Shown piece by piece: positions 63,159 through 64,000 of a stretch of DNA of 64,000 bases. Source of the DNA: Tubulanus polymorphus (taxonomy: Eukaryota > Animalia > Nemertea); the NCBI RefSeq assembly GCF_964204645.1, contig NC_134033.1, positions 14,640,655 through 14,704,654 of the forward strand, in the 5' to 3' direction. The notes under the pieces are model-generated. The model saw nothing but the letters and a program-made list of their open reading frames with translations, did no database searches and was not told where the DNA came from. Each line of letters starts with the position of its first letter. Position 1 is the stretch's first letter. The position numbers and the translations under genes are program-made.

Positions 63159-64000
63159 ATGGCGTTCCTGGCAGGCGTGGCTGGTGGGTTTGTAAGGTAC
63201 AACAAATCGAATCAACCAACGAATAAATAAGAAGTGTAATCCCTATTTTAAGATCGAACTCATCTCATCGCCCCTGCTTCGTTGCGCAAGGGAGGGAGCG
63301 CCGGAGTCTACTCCACGTCGCTGCTGCAACCAATAAACAGCGCTTACGGGGGAAGAACGACTTCAAAACGGCCAATTAACAGCGCTCAACTGGGTAATAA
63401 GGAATATAAAATACGCTCAGTGAGAGCTGTTTATCAAATATGATATCTCACTCTCCTGCGCCAAACAGGTACGAAATAAACAGACTGACCACATAATTAT
63501 TAGCTGGGTCAACATCGAACCGTCGACATCCGAAACATAGAAATACCGAACGACGAATCGAAAAGAAAACAACAGAAAACGCTTAAGAAGTAAGTAAGTT
63601 TTATTCACGCTATAATCTATTGACGCTATAGATTTTCTTATCGATATCTTTAGTTTTTCAATTTTTCAGTATTTAAGCTTTTTAACATTAGTTCAGTGCT
63701 ATCTTAAAGATTGTTGAATTTATCTCTTTATTTCGTCGAAGCAATGAAAATAGATTCTGTTTAATAATTTTTTTTTTTTTCTATAATTAAACACTAGTTA
63801 GTGTAAATAATGAAAGAAAATATCATCATTCTACTTCGTTGAATTTGACTGTCATGATTTGCAGGATGAAAAACCGGTATTTTGATTTTAGTTTCGTATT
63901 CGAAATGAATCGGCGTTTTCCGTTATCGATGGTCAATTTGAAAAACAAATACTTTACCTAATTTGCATATTCATAACATACATCGAAATTGAATTGTCAA

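Overview
AT-rich, intron-rich animal genomic DNA, probably from a marine invertebrate (lophotrochozoan-like repeat and protease repertoire; this is inference). Exons were reconstructed by hand from GT-AG sites and reading-frame phase. In order, the window holds: (1) the 3' two-thirds of TUBGCP6 (+, 11 exons, including a 2.3 kb exon of internal peptide repeats); (2) a convergent, apparently complete 15-coding-exon secreted M12B/ADAMTS-like zinc metalloprotease without TSP1 repeats (-); (3) only the last two coding exons of a FAIM-like gene (-), whose 5' exons are not recognisable anywhere in the window; (4) an intron-containing tRNA-Tyr(GTA) (-); (5) a two-exon orphan class A GPCR with degenerate activation motifs (-); (6) a complete four-exon SHOX/SHOX2 homeobox gene (+) with a TATA promoter and two uORFs. 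Non-coding DNA is dense with MITEs, a Deu/Nin-type tRNA-SINE, LINE 3' remnants and mini/microsatellites. The most unusual items are a multi-copy MITE family with 9-bp target-site duplications whose TIRs carry outward-facing Pol III B-boxes, the orphan FAIM exons (nesting of SHOX versus a CTD-only microprotein), and a minisatellite built from a MITE terminus. No CRISPR array or prokaryotic system is present.
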